A DNA stretch of 64,000 bases, from NCBI GenBank assembly GCA_030704615.1, contig CM060733.1:9238001-9302000 (forward strand). The letters are read 5' to 3'. Source of the stretch: Takakia lepidozioides (taxonomy: Eukaryota > Plantae > Bryophyta). The position numbers and the translations under genes were made by a program. The first letter of the stretch is position 1. Every line of letters starts with the position of its first letter. This document shows, piece after piece, positions 10,533 to 22,359 of the stretch. The notes below the pieces were generated by a model. The model was not told where the DNA came from. It did not search any database and saw only the letters and a program-made list of their open reading frames with translations.

Positions 10533-12897
10533 GAACCTACCCACAAAGAACTGATAAACCAAACTTACACAGACTATGCAATATATTCACTTGTCAGTAG
10601 GAGGGGTGGTGAATTAGGCAGTGTATCAGGAAGGAGTGGTGAATCCACCACTACCACATCACCATCACTATTTGGAAGGCACAACCAGTCGCAAAGAAAC
10701 TCCACCAGACTGGTTTGCCTACTTTCAAATGCAGCATACAGGCATCAACTTATGAAGTAGCCAATAGATTCCAATGTGCCGCTTACGAGTACAAAGTAGA
10801 AATTCCTAAAGTTACAAAAGAGAGATTTGCTCTTCCAGATGGCCCACTGCCTATCTGTATCTGCTGTGCAGCAGTCTATTTCCCTAATATCACAATAATT
10901 TTTTTTAACATATTAACTGTAGCTCAAAGTCTTGGGAAAAGATTTGTTTTTTTTTAATGTTAAAGGATACATCAAAAAGTGTACATTGCTTCTGGTCAGA
11001 GTCCTGCTGAACCAATACTGTAGCATGAACCTATTGCCACGCACAATTTCAAACGAGACTAATTATCCCATCTATGACATTGGAGCTCTCCAAATAAGAG
11101 ACCAAATAACTGAAAGTCCTCTACTCCAAGTTGAATGAAATGTGCAAGATCAATTACAGTCTACCCTCCATAAATGTTCCCTCCATATCTGTTAACCCTC
11201 TTTATCTGTTATCTATTTTTTTACTCCCAAAGATTTTACAAAGCAAGTGTTAGGTGTTATGTGTTATGATATTTTCTTACTCCCTCCTTTACTAAATGGC
11301 CCTCGATAAGTGTTAATTTTTTTCAAACATATATATATATATAAGACTAGTACTTAGTTTAAGGTCATGACATATATCATTAAACATGTCAGCTTTTAAT
11401 TGAACTTAACATGGGATCATTCAAATTCTTTACTTCCACTAACATGGGACCATTAAAACAGTCAGCTACTGAAACAGATTTTACTAACATGAGCAGCTGT
11501 TTAATTTCACTAAAATGTGATCATTGAAACAGTCAGCTAATGAAATGGGCTCTCATTAATATAAGCAATTTTTTGTGACAGCTTGATGGTTCCTCGTGTG
11601 CCTTATTCAATTGTTCGAGAGGCTTTCGCCAATATTCATAGTTTTTTAGAGCAACGGGATGAAGATGTCATGAAGGTGATAAAAAAAATGCCGATCCTTG
11701 GATAAGGATATCACTAAGTTGCATGTACAAGACTATCGACAATCCACATTGGATTGGATTCCTACTTTGTTGTTGATGACCCTATGTAATACATATAATC
11801 ATTTTTTTCCCCATAAGTGTTACATTCCAGTTTTCAAGCTCTCTATAAGTGTTCCTTCTTTAAGTGTGATTTTTGAAATATTCTTATCTATATCTGTTAT
11901 GATGTTAAATATCTATATGTTACATTTCCTCTACTCCCCAGGTGCAACACATATAGAGGGTAGACTGTACCTGAGAGCCAAGCAACTTCTAGACACAAAT
12001 TTTACTCCACATCTGAGTACAAGAGCAAGTAGCAATAACTGCAATCATGGTCTCAGGTACGCATATCTATTATAAGATCACATAGAGACCACAACCCGAT
12101 TCAAATTCACTTACTAGCACTGGAATGATGGTGCGAAAAACGAAGAAAGATATTTAAGAAAATCCAATTCACAAATGGACAACTGATCCGCTAACGGGAC
12201 AACGTTACATGGACAACTGATCCGCTATGCCATGTGTGGTGGGCCTGTCAACCTGCATGGACCCCGCCCGTCCACTCAAAAACTCATACCCGGAGACTTT
12301 GGAAAATTCCTGCTGGCAGGGAAATCAATTTTCTGGGGTGCTTTCAATTGGAGCATGTACAGGTCTTTGCAGGGTACACGGCTTCATCTCCGGGTCACTT
12401 CATCGTTTAAGGGTTAAAAAGCAAATGATACTTGGGAGTTTTGCTCACTAAGAAGAGGCATTCTTGCAACTGTAGTTGCTATACTCTGAGCAGGAGAATT
12501 GTATGATTAAGATTTTTGTAAGCAGGTTGCATGTAGAATTCTGCAGTACACGTAAGTTTGTCAGGCCCTGGTTGCTAACTTATTTTCCATGTAAAACAGG
12601 TGGAAATCAAAAGTGCAGTTCCCCGTTGTGTACTTCTGAAATTAATCCCGGGGAGGAGCACTCAGCAACTTCTTCTTTCTTGATGTACCAGTGCAAATGT
12701 AGCCTGGAGTTCTCCTCGGCTCTTACATAAATATACGTACCTAACAATGCTGGATTAGGCCACATTAACTTAGCCTGATTTTGCGGAGAGAGGTCACTTG
12801 TGTCGTCGTAGTAGAGCGACACGAGATTTTGTCAAGGTATAGTTTTGCGATAGCAAGAAATGTCCCCATGGGAGACACTCATAATTTTGTACTGGAC

Positions 12898-13068
12898 GGA
12901 CAACCAAGTTGTAGCCAAGTGCTAATGGGCCGGAAGTGGTTGTGGGTTCAATCCACCCTTGGTGTCACAAAGGTGTCCACCTTCCTAGCGGAAGGCAATA
13001 ACCCTTGGGGGGTGAAGAGATACCATAATTTACGCTTCTTTCGGGAGGCGTCAAATATTATTATTATT
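12898..13068 (+). mobile_element. tRNA-derived SINE, family A copy 1
   Basis: A-box-like TAGCCAAGTG, B-box-like GGTTCAATCC, 3' hairpin, (ATT)n tail; head and tail shared with 58438-58573. Confidence 0.75.
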
Positions 13069-14277
13069 GTATTGCAAATGAGAGCTAGGAGAAAATGATA
13101 GGAGCAATGTATCCCTTTTGCAGGTTACATTTGTCTACTGACTCTCAGATATTCATGTTATATGTGAGTGATGACTCCGACCGGATGAGAGCTGATATAG
13201 TTTACAACCAAGCAGTGGTACAATATATGGTATATGGCTGTTTTCTTAAAACTTTTGATGGTGCAAAAATGATTCTAGTACATAGTAAGAGAGTTTCTAA
13301 TTAGGTTCAAGTTCCAAATTTTTATTTTGTAAGGGGGCCTCCTTGCCCACCAAGATAAAATGGAACCCTTACCCTCCTTATATAGTCTTTGGAGGCGGTG
13401 GAGAGCCTTCTAGAAGGGGCCAACCGCTGCTTCTGGAAGGTGGCCCCATCCCATCCATAAAAAGCCCGTGTCTACCTCCCATCGAGACCCCCCTCTTTCT
13501 ACGCGTACCCCCCTACTTCTATGCGTGCAAGTGTGTGCAGCCATTTCCCTCCTCTCCAAGCCTCCCGTCGGCCCTACTGATTGGCTTTTCCCACAATGTG
13601 GGGTTGCCTGACCTTCAACTCTCCCCCCAATTCATCGTGGGTACTAAAGTTATCCATGCGGCTTTGGTGGGCAGTTTGAGCCTATCTGCTAAGTCCAGTA
13701 AACTGGGCACGACTGGAGTAAACTGGGCACGAGAGAGAGAACAAAGTGGCCTGCTTGTGCCAGTTTAGTTGGAAGGTCAACACGATGGGAGCGTGGGCCC
13801 CGTGTCAGGCTCATCCACGCCCGGCGCTAAGGAAGACGGGATCAAACACATTTGGGCTGGTTTTTCTGCTATTTTGAGTTTGCCCTCTCTTTATCTCGCT
13901 TGTACTTTGTGGGCCCGCTTCCACCCTCAGTACCCTGTCTTTTGACCAAACTGGCCGAACTCACCATGCATCCCTCGACTTAACGGATGACAAAACAGAT
14001 AACTTTACTGTATGGTGATGTCTGGCCCGGTTGCAGGAGAGGGGTCTTCTGCGCGTCTTTCGGTACTCTTTCGGTACTCTATTTGGACGATGTCGGAAAT
14101 ACCTAAAGTAAGCTTCCGCCACAAACAATATTTCCATACGGAAGGCTGCAATATCACGCTGCTGTTAGTCATTTTCACTAACCTACAGATGGTGAATGGT
14201 GCGTACGTAGGACGCTGATTATCTCGAAATGTGAGGTGGTGGATGCACCTCTGTTGGACGTAAATCCTGGCATCAGC

Positions 14278-16148
14278 ATGGAGGAACATGGTGCCAAGCT
14301 GTGAGTGCCACCTTTTGCTTGTATTACCGCCCTTCAACTCTCACTGATACCATTGACAGTCTTCTATTGTCTTCCGCACGGTAGACTTCACTGCTCAAGA
14401 TGTTAGCTATTTTAATCTTCAGCAGCTGGACATCGGTCGTTTCTGATCACGCCTTTAGCACTTGCTTCTTTATCATAGTTGATGCACATGACGGAGATTC
14501 GCGTCTCACAGCTCTCTCGTTTGAGATGAAAAGATCGCAGGTGAGGCAGTCATTTCTGACAACATGGGATCGAGACTCGATGCGACCACCCCACACAGAC
14601 GTCATTTTGAGGTCCAGAGATTTTGGAGAGGTCCATGGACACACAGCTGTTTTGGTATTCCTTACTCAATTGTTTCGACATTTGCACATAATACTAGATA
14701 ATGTACATGTTGCTACGATGTATGGTAGGTCACACTAACATCCATGGACTAGAGAGATCTGCGTATATACATGTGTGTGTATTAGTATACCGAACAGTGA
14801 TCAGCGTTTGGCGAGGACAAAATTATGAATGCATAGCCTGTGACCAACGATGTCGACCAATCCAGGTCCTAGCAAGGGAGTTTCGTTGATCCCTCCAACA
14901 AAATTTCCCTAAGAATCACCTCACAATCGTTTTAATGCTGTCAATTAGTCACCAAGTATCAGTGATTGTTGGTCTGGTAAGGGTATCAGACCCGAGTATC
15001 AGCGCTGGTATCAACCCTGGTATCAAGGACCAGACCAGCCTGGTCTTAAGTTCTACATACCAGGTCATATACCAGACCCAGGCTGGTATCCGTTTTCTCA
15101 TACCAGCCACAATAACAGTACCCCCAGCCGTCTTCCTCATTTACTCTGGTATTTGTATTATATTAATTTATGTATGTACTTATTTATATATTTTTATGTT
15201 TATTGTATTTGTTTTCACTGGATATTTGGTAAATTTGTAAGTCAAGATGCTTAGGAATGATACCAGAATTGATATCTCACACGAGCTGGTATTGTGGTCA
15301 TGATACTCATACTCATACCAGTATCTGGGAAAAAATACATCCACCATTATATAGACCAGACTTGGTATGAAAGTTTTGTGATGGGGCTGGTACCTGAAGG
15401 ACCAGTCTGGTATGTCCTAAACCTGATACCAGACCAACACTGGAACCTTGGTACAATGTCGATGCATTCAACATCATGCTGGCATAGTTATGAAGTAGCT
15501 GGTCATGTATTGAGTTATGAGTTGCATTTAAGTGCTGCTACCCCTCCACCTAATCATCGTTGTTAAGAATCAGCTCTGACATATGATCACATGACCGTTT
15601 GTTCTCTCTCTCACACTGACAGCTACATGCTAATATCTTCCTTTGGGTCTCTCTTATATATGTGCAATTCATGTTCACAGGTGGGCAAGTCCAAAGTGTT
15701 CAAGGCTATGTTTCTTCATAACATGGAAGAATCATCCACAAGAATAGTGAAAATGGATATGGAGCATTTGGCCGTTAAAGCATTTGTAAGCTTTTTTTAC
15801 ACAGGTTATGTGGAAGCTGACATCATGCGTGAACACGTGTTTGAGCTCCTGCAAGCTGCAGACATGTATGAGCTTAGTTTGCTGAAATCTGAGTGTGTAA
15901 ATGCGCTGAAGTCGAACATCCCTGCTCACCTCGTCTTTGAAACCTATGTCATGGGGAACCTATACAATGCCGAGGAACTCAAGCAAGCTGTGATTGAATA
16001 TCTGGCCACTCATGTGCCTGATTTGTCTGAAGTTGTTGGTTTTGACACTTTTCTTCGAGAGCACCCAGATATACTGGCAAATCTGACTGTTGCAGTTATC
16101 AGAGAGCTGAATCGAGAAAAGCTATGGATCAGTTTCATAGATCTGTGA
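14278..16148 (+). CDS. BTB/POZ domain protein (At4g08455-like); exons ~14278-14300 (tentative), 14423-14654, 15681-16148
   Basis: PPHTDVIL...HTAVL|VGKSKVFKAMF...FFYTG...LLQAADMYEL..LKSEC; GT-AG intron 14655-15680 at the same position as in the neighbouring paralogue. Start codon uncertain. Confidence 0.8.
14960..15442. mobile_element. hAT-like MITE in BTB intron
   Basis: TIR TGTTGGTCTGGTA / TACCAGACCAACACTG, many ATACC/GGTAT motifs; same termini as 23979-24372. Confidence 0.75.
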
Positions 16149-17130
16149 TCCACCTTTTCTGCAATAGGCCTGATAGAAGAAAAGAAACATCAGACTTCAC
16201 GGCGGAACTGTCAGAAACAGTTAAATGGTGTGATTAAGAAAATCAAGGACTACGAGAATCAACAATTGTCAGCATCAATTTTCAATTTTCATAACTGAAT
16301 TTGCATCTTTGGGGACACTTTACCTTGTTTGCATGTAATTACTTCCCTCTCCTTTGTCAGTGCAAGAGGTTGCCTTCCAAGTGGCCGGTTGGTTCGAAGT
16401 TCAAAGCCCAATACATATTTAATGTAGTCTATAATAACCCATCCAATTATAAAGTAGGGGTTCACCAGGTTCACAATGGAGTTCTACAAGGGGAAGCTAT
16501 GCCCCAACAATTGTGGGCTCTGGCATAACTGCACTGCCAAACAGAAGACTCTAGTACTTCCTCCCCAAGAGACCATCCATTGCACTTTCCATGGTTTGCC
16601 CCACAAGACCTCTCAACTATGATACACATAGATAACAGAATTTCTTGTAAGTTACTGAATTGTTTTCAACATCACAAACTTATCCAGCCATCTGTTGAAG
16701 AACACAGCAAATTATAAATAAGGCTCACCGATTCACTTCTCATAGAGAGATGCACAAATTGAATGGCCACAGCCAACAGACAAAGGGAATCCCCACGGGT
16801 TCATGCCCTCTCTGCTGAAATTTGGTTGGTATTAGAATATTTCTTTCAAGTGTCAATGTCCCTGTGAAGTACATAGAGATGCATCTTCCTGGCAGCTCTA
16901 CGTGGTATAAATACATTTGCTAAGGCCAAGAAAAGATCCTCCAGTACAGAAGCTCCAGATCAAAACAGCAGTCATCAATCAAAGCCAAGCAGGCCACAGA
17001 CAAACCAGTGACAGCATCAACAATATTTTTGAAAATCTGCTTTGATTTTGTAAAGACCCGGCCACACGACCACAAGCCCATGATGTGGAAGTCCTTGGTG
17101 AAAAATTGAACACGATGACATTAGTCCTTG

Positions 17131-18979
17131 TCAGCTAACTCTCCTCCTCTTGACAGCAGCAGCTTCAGCCTCTTTATCCTCACCCCCGCCATCGGCATCC
17201 ACATCTGCCTCTAATGTTGACAAGGTTAGAAAGTTGAAGTTGAAAGTCAACAGTCTCATTGAATGCATGACATTTAACGAAAGTTAGCAAACATAGTGTT
17301 TAGTATTGAATAATTACTGTTCATGTTCGTACGATCAACATAGAGCCCACCCGCAAGGGCGTATTTACGCTGATTTCAGTCAGCGTCACATCTGTATCTC
17401 TCTCTTATGATCATAACAATGGGGCCTGGATAGGTGCAGATTTGCTGCCAGGTGGTCTCTCAAAAATATCTTATCAATATACACACCTACTGATTGAAGC
17501 CACACAGCTGCATCAAGGCACCCTCTTGCACACTTACCCAAGGTGTGTTCAGATAGTTTCTTGCGCTTCAGCCGTTTCACAACCCCGTCATAGAGTTCCA
17601 TTACTGCCTCAGGACACTTTTTTGAGAAGGTGTCATATCCTTCAAGTGCTGAAACATCATCAATTTGTGTTGCAGCATAATCAATCACTCCATCTTTCAC
17701 AATGTCAGAGTTGTGTCTCCAGCCCACAACATAGGTAAGTAGCACCTTGCTCGGATTTAGGGACTTGAGTATTTCTTCCTCGCAGAGTGACTTTAATGCT
17801 TTCACCCCATACTTGTCTGCAGCTTGCAAGAGCTCAACTAAGTGACTTCTCAATGTGCGCTGGTTCACATTGGCTCGGTAAAAGAAGAGCACAAATGCGT
17901 CCAGTGCTGTGTAACCCATATCCATCTTCATGGTGTCAGATTCCGGCATTGGAATACCAAACAAGGCCTTGAATACTTCTGACTGGCTGACCTGTTAACC
18001 CTCCAACAACCATTCAAATAAGTGAGACGACACTAACCTTTTGAAACAGTCAGACCACGTCAATGACAAGTCCTATCCACAAAAGAACTCGACAAAGAAT
18101 CAGTGTAAGAATACATCATCTTCTAGAGTACATGGCAACCATTGATGTCAACAGACGACCTCTATGAGTGAAGACTCACAAAAACCACTTCAGCAGTACA
18201 TTTTGGCTTGCTCTCAGCTGAACCTTTGCATGAGGACAGTTTTAGACAGGAACCCACACAAGCCCATGTTGGCAAAGGACTAGGTGGTGAAAATTTTACT
18301 CTACCATGCAATCCACCAAGACCATGTCCTTCTACAATACTTACACAATGTACATGAAATCACCAATCAGCCACCTACTATCACATATCTATTAGGAAAG
18401 ATGACCAGTAACCGCCTTCCAAAGAAATTCAAACCCAAGGTCCAAAGACATTGGCTTCCGTCATGACAACTCGGATAATTCGTGAAATTGACGAAAATGG
18501 CCAACTCACAAATAAGAGAAGCCAGATTTTTTCCACGAAACAAGATGCCCTCCAGACAGAGATGGACCTGACACAAAGAGTCAAAGACCAGTTGATTCGC
18601 TTGAGGATGTATATAGCCTGGCTCCCTCCACAGTGGCAACACTTACCAAGACAGCTTTATGGGCGTAGACCTTGCGCCCCTCTGTTGACTCAAAAATGAT
18701 ATCCGTATATGGTGGCGGCAAATTGTCGGGATCCTTGTTACTCTCAAATTCCTTGCCTTGCAACTTGCGCTCAATGCTGGCAAGCTTCTCCTTCGTTTTC
18801 TCTAGTTCATCTACCAGAGCACGGTGCTGCTCAAATGAATCTTTACAACGCGCATCTTGTTTGCAAGTATCACAGCATATAATCTCTTTGTAGATAGTTG
18901 ACTCTGAACCTTCACACACAATATCTTGACTCCCGCACACTGTGCATAATTCTTGCTTGAATGGTTGTACAGCCAGGGT
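17131..18979 (-). CDS. BTB/POZ domain protein; exons ~18979/18996-18647, 17991-17538, 17210-17131; 5' end lies further upstream
   Basis: Cys-rich and coiled-coil N-terminal part, PPYTDIIF..AHKAVL|VSQSEVFKALF..LLQAADKYGVKALKSLCE. GTAAGT donors at 18646 and 17537; last exon ends in NLS-like VKRRRVS*. Confidence 0.85.
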
Positions 18980-19406
18980 CTGTATAGTTGCTGTGCCTGA
19001 AGACTAGTAATTGGACAGCTTTTCAGTTGAGGAATGTACAAATATCAGACAGCCACTGACCAAATAACTTCACAAGGTCACCATCAAATACTTCCTTGGA
19101 TCTACTAGAGATCCAATATTATGAAGTCAATAATTACTATGCAGAACCTGAGACACAAGGTCCCCATCAACTACCATCATAGTTCTATATCGATGTCAGA
19201 AATATCACCAAGTTATGTCCTCAATCTTCTCAATTGCATCTTCTAAAAGGTCAGGAGCTCAGCAAATTCAAGAGGATGAGACAACTAAATAGGTATTGAT
19301 CAGAAAAAATGTCCAGGGTAGTTGCATTATCAAGATTCCCCAAACAGTCACATGACCGAGAACAACGCTTCTCCCAAACACCTAATTGACATGAAACTTG
19401 TTTTAC

Positions 19407-21773
19407 CTTTGGCCTTTTGGACAGTTCCATTTCTAGAGCCAATGCCTTAGACCAGTCAATTAATCTCCCTGTAGCTTTGTCTACTTCTCCTGAGACGATT
19501 CGCTGCATTGCTCGTTCACGAATACCATCAAATTCAGCATCATCTCTGTGACAAGCACAAGCATTAGAAGAACACACAAGAAACACACTCCTATAACACA
19601 CCACCAGCATGAATATGCAGCTTTACCCCACCATAAATCCTGCAAACAAATGTACGGTATAAATCGATTGATGAGCAATAACACACCTCAAATATGTTCC
19701 AGCAACTCTAGGGCCTGTGTTAAGCGTATCGGGCTCAATAGGCACTCCTGCATACTGTAACCTGCGTGCCAATAGCACCGTAAATTTCAGAGGGCTTGCG
19801 TGCGAGGCCTGTCATCAAACAACAAACTCAAACTCAATGTGATATGACACAGAGCCTTACCTGCCTAAACCAGTTGTGCGCCCTGTCTTGTTTGTGTAGT
19901 ACTCTCCCCCCAGCCCTGTTTCCTTTGTCATTGTCCTCAACCAACTAGCAAGAGTTCTTACTCCCACGGGTGAGCGAGTGTACCACTGCACACCCAAATC
20001 AAGGAATGAGACCGCGAGGCTGGTATGTTCTTGCAGGAAATATTGACTCTCTGCATGCATGCCTATGATCAAAGAATACTCCATTGTAAATGATTCGTTC
20101 TGTTGATGTACAGATGCTCGAATCATAAGTTGAATTTCTAAACAACTCGCTCACCACGGACAATTTCAAGAACAAAACAGATAATGCATCAAATAGTCAT
20201 ATCAATATACCACAGTTCTCGAGGTTGGGTTCTTGATGTCTGTAAGAAATAACGGATGTGGCGGCGGTTCATCTTCTGCCCACTTCGGTTTGTGCTCTAT
20301 CAAGGTTTTGTACGTTACGACAACATCCTCAACATAGCATGTGACAGGGCGGGTGTACTTCTCTGCTTGGGCATGTTGAAGATCAGACTTCCAACTTTTG
20401 TATTGTTTCTCAAATCTGATAGCAAGAGCACATACTTCATTAAAGGCAAACAGATCACAATTCCCAATAGATCTGACTAAAGCCAAAAAGGTAACAGCAT
20501 CCTATAATCTAATTATTGGTACCTGATTGTCAAAGTAACAATGACCCAAGTACCTGGATCCAAACCATCATCTGCACCTACCCAGTAACAACAGTTTAGT
20601 ATTAGACATCAAAACCAGCCCACCAAAGAGTTTATACCTCAGAAACTCGCCATGTTGGTCTTTTCCCACAGAAAAATCCAGATCGGTGAGTTCATGGAGC
20701 TCAGCAGGACCGCGAATGAAGAAATTTCGTGTTGCAAAATATGCAAATCGCATCGAGCACCCCTTTGCAGTAGTACTCTTATAGCTAGGTAATGCAAGCA
20801 TGGAAGCTTCATCATGAAGCGTCAAGACATCAATGCGTTTTCTTCTCTTTCCCAAACCAAGCCTGCCAGCAGTTGACATGGTTTCAGTTACAGCTACCTG
20901 AGCCTTCTTGAATTTGACATCCGACATGATGTTGAATGGTACCTCAGCAACCCCTGTTTGTGCAACGCGTGCATCTTGGTGAGCACGAATGATTCGACCA
21001 ATAGCCCTCAAGAGACTTCCAGTGCTGTTGAACCATAACACATGCATGTAACACATCAGGACATCCACAATTATCATACAGAGCAAGTGCATACCTGAGT
21101 GCTAGGAAAGAAAAAACAAGCTCATAGGTGGAGGCAACCAACCAAAATACAACAATATCGAGAGGTTCAAATGTACTTACGTTTCAGGAGGATATTCTTT
21201 TCCATTTTGCTTTCGAACTTGGTACAAAAAACTCCCCACCATTTCAGCAAGCTCTTTCATATCTCGGTCACAGAAATCTTCAATGGATTCATTAATGTCT
21301 ATCTTGCAAAGTGAACGCCATGCATCAAATCTGGCGCGAGCCCAGGCCTCTGCACGCTTGCTTCTCGTCCTATCCCTATTGAGAATATTTGGAGACTCCT
21401 CTTCACTGATTCGACGAACACCCTGCCCGAGAGGCTCGGCCTTGCCATCAGACACCATCTGATTACCCTCAGACTCATCGTCGTCAGAAAGGGGAGCATC
21501 ACTATCGCTATTGCCAGGACCTTGGTTATTGATGTCCACCCCTGGTGTGACAGCAGGGCCTTCATCCTCAGATTCCTCCCCGTGATCTTGAGTCAAGACA
21601 AGTGACTGCGGAGGCGGTAATACAGCAGAGGGAAGGTCAGCGTTAACACTCTCAACCTCCAGAGGTTCCGTGCTTGCAGGAGCAACCAGGGATGATGGCA
21701 ATGGAGTTGAACTTAGGCCAAGTGAAAACGTAGGGTCAACATGGGAGCTCAATTCCCCTACAAAATCTGCCAT
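19407..21773 (-). CDS. Crypton/DUF3504-type tyrosine-recombinase-like protein; exons 21773-21181, 21024-20638, 20415-20211, 19985-19861, 19761-19687, 19545-19407 (508 codons, 3' end open)
   Basis: All five introns are GT-AG with matching phases and no stops. Motifs in order: KQNGKEYPPET..SLLRAIGR, NIMSDVKF, FFIRGPAELHEL, PLFL, VWYTRSPVGVRTL, GL..YYTNKTGRTTGLGRLQYAGVP, NTGPR. Confidence 0.8.
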
Positions 21774-22109
21774 CTGGCAATTTAAAAGATGCCAATCCAA
21801 CCGAAATCTGCAACGAAGGACCTGCCACAAAAATTCTAGGGAATAAGGGTCGAGATCACGAACAGGTCAAAATAAATTGTAAGAAAAAACTCACGTTCTC
21901 TGCCGAATAGTAAACAACCTAAAGCGTTCAGGATTCTTTGAGACACAACAAAAAACACATCTTACCAAATCAAACAGGCCATGGCTGAAGCGCTAATATC
22001 TTGAAGTGCAATCGCCGCATGATCTGGAAACGCATTGTGGAGAAAAACACGCTCCCTGATTCCTCCAGCACAATCCCTCCAAAAGCCTCAATGCAATGTT
22101 TCGCAAGCC

Positions 22110-22359
22110 CCTCCAGATGCAGATCACAGAACTCTAATCCTCGTAACCTCCCAAAATTCGACACGAAGACCATTCCACACGTAAAAGACCTCGATGAACA
22201 TGCCACACTGCCCGATTCTATGCCAAACTCTGCGAAAATCTCAATGTAATCCCCCCAACCTCTCCAGACGCAGATCACAACACTCTAATCCTCACAACCT
22301 CCCACAATCCGACACCAAGACTATTCCAAGCGTAAAGACCTCGATGCACAGGCCCTGCC
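22110..22359. repeat. Two diverged ~100-bp direct repeats upstream of the DUF3504 gene
   Basis: CTCCAGAYGCAGATCACA..ACTCTAATCCTC...AAGACCTCGATG at ~22110 and ~22261. Confidence 0.8.

Noticed and set aside
13329-13960. Solo LTR
   Set aside because: TG start and GC-rich body only; no matching CA end, TSD, PBS or PPT identified.
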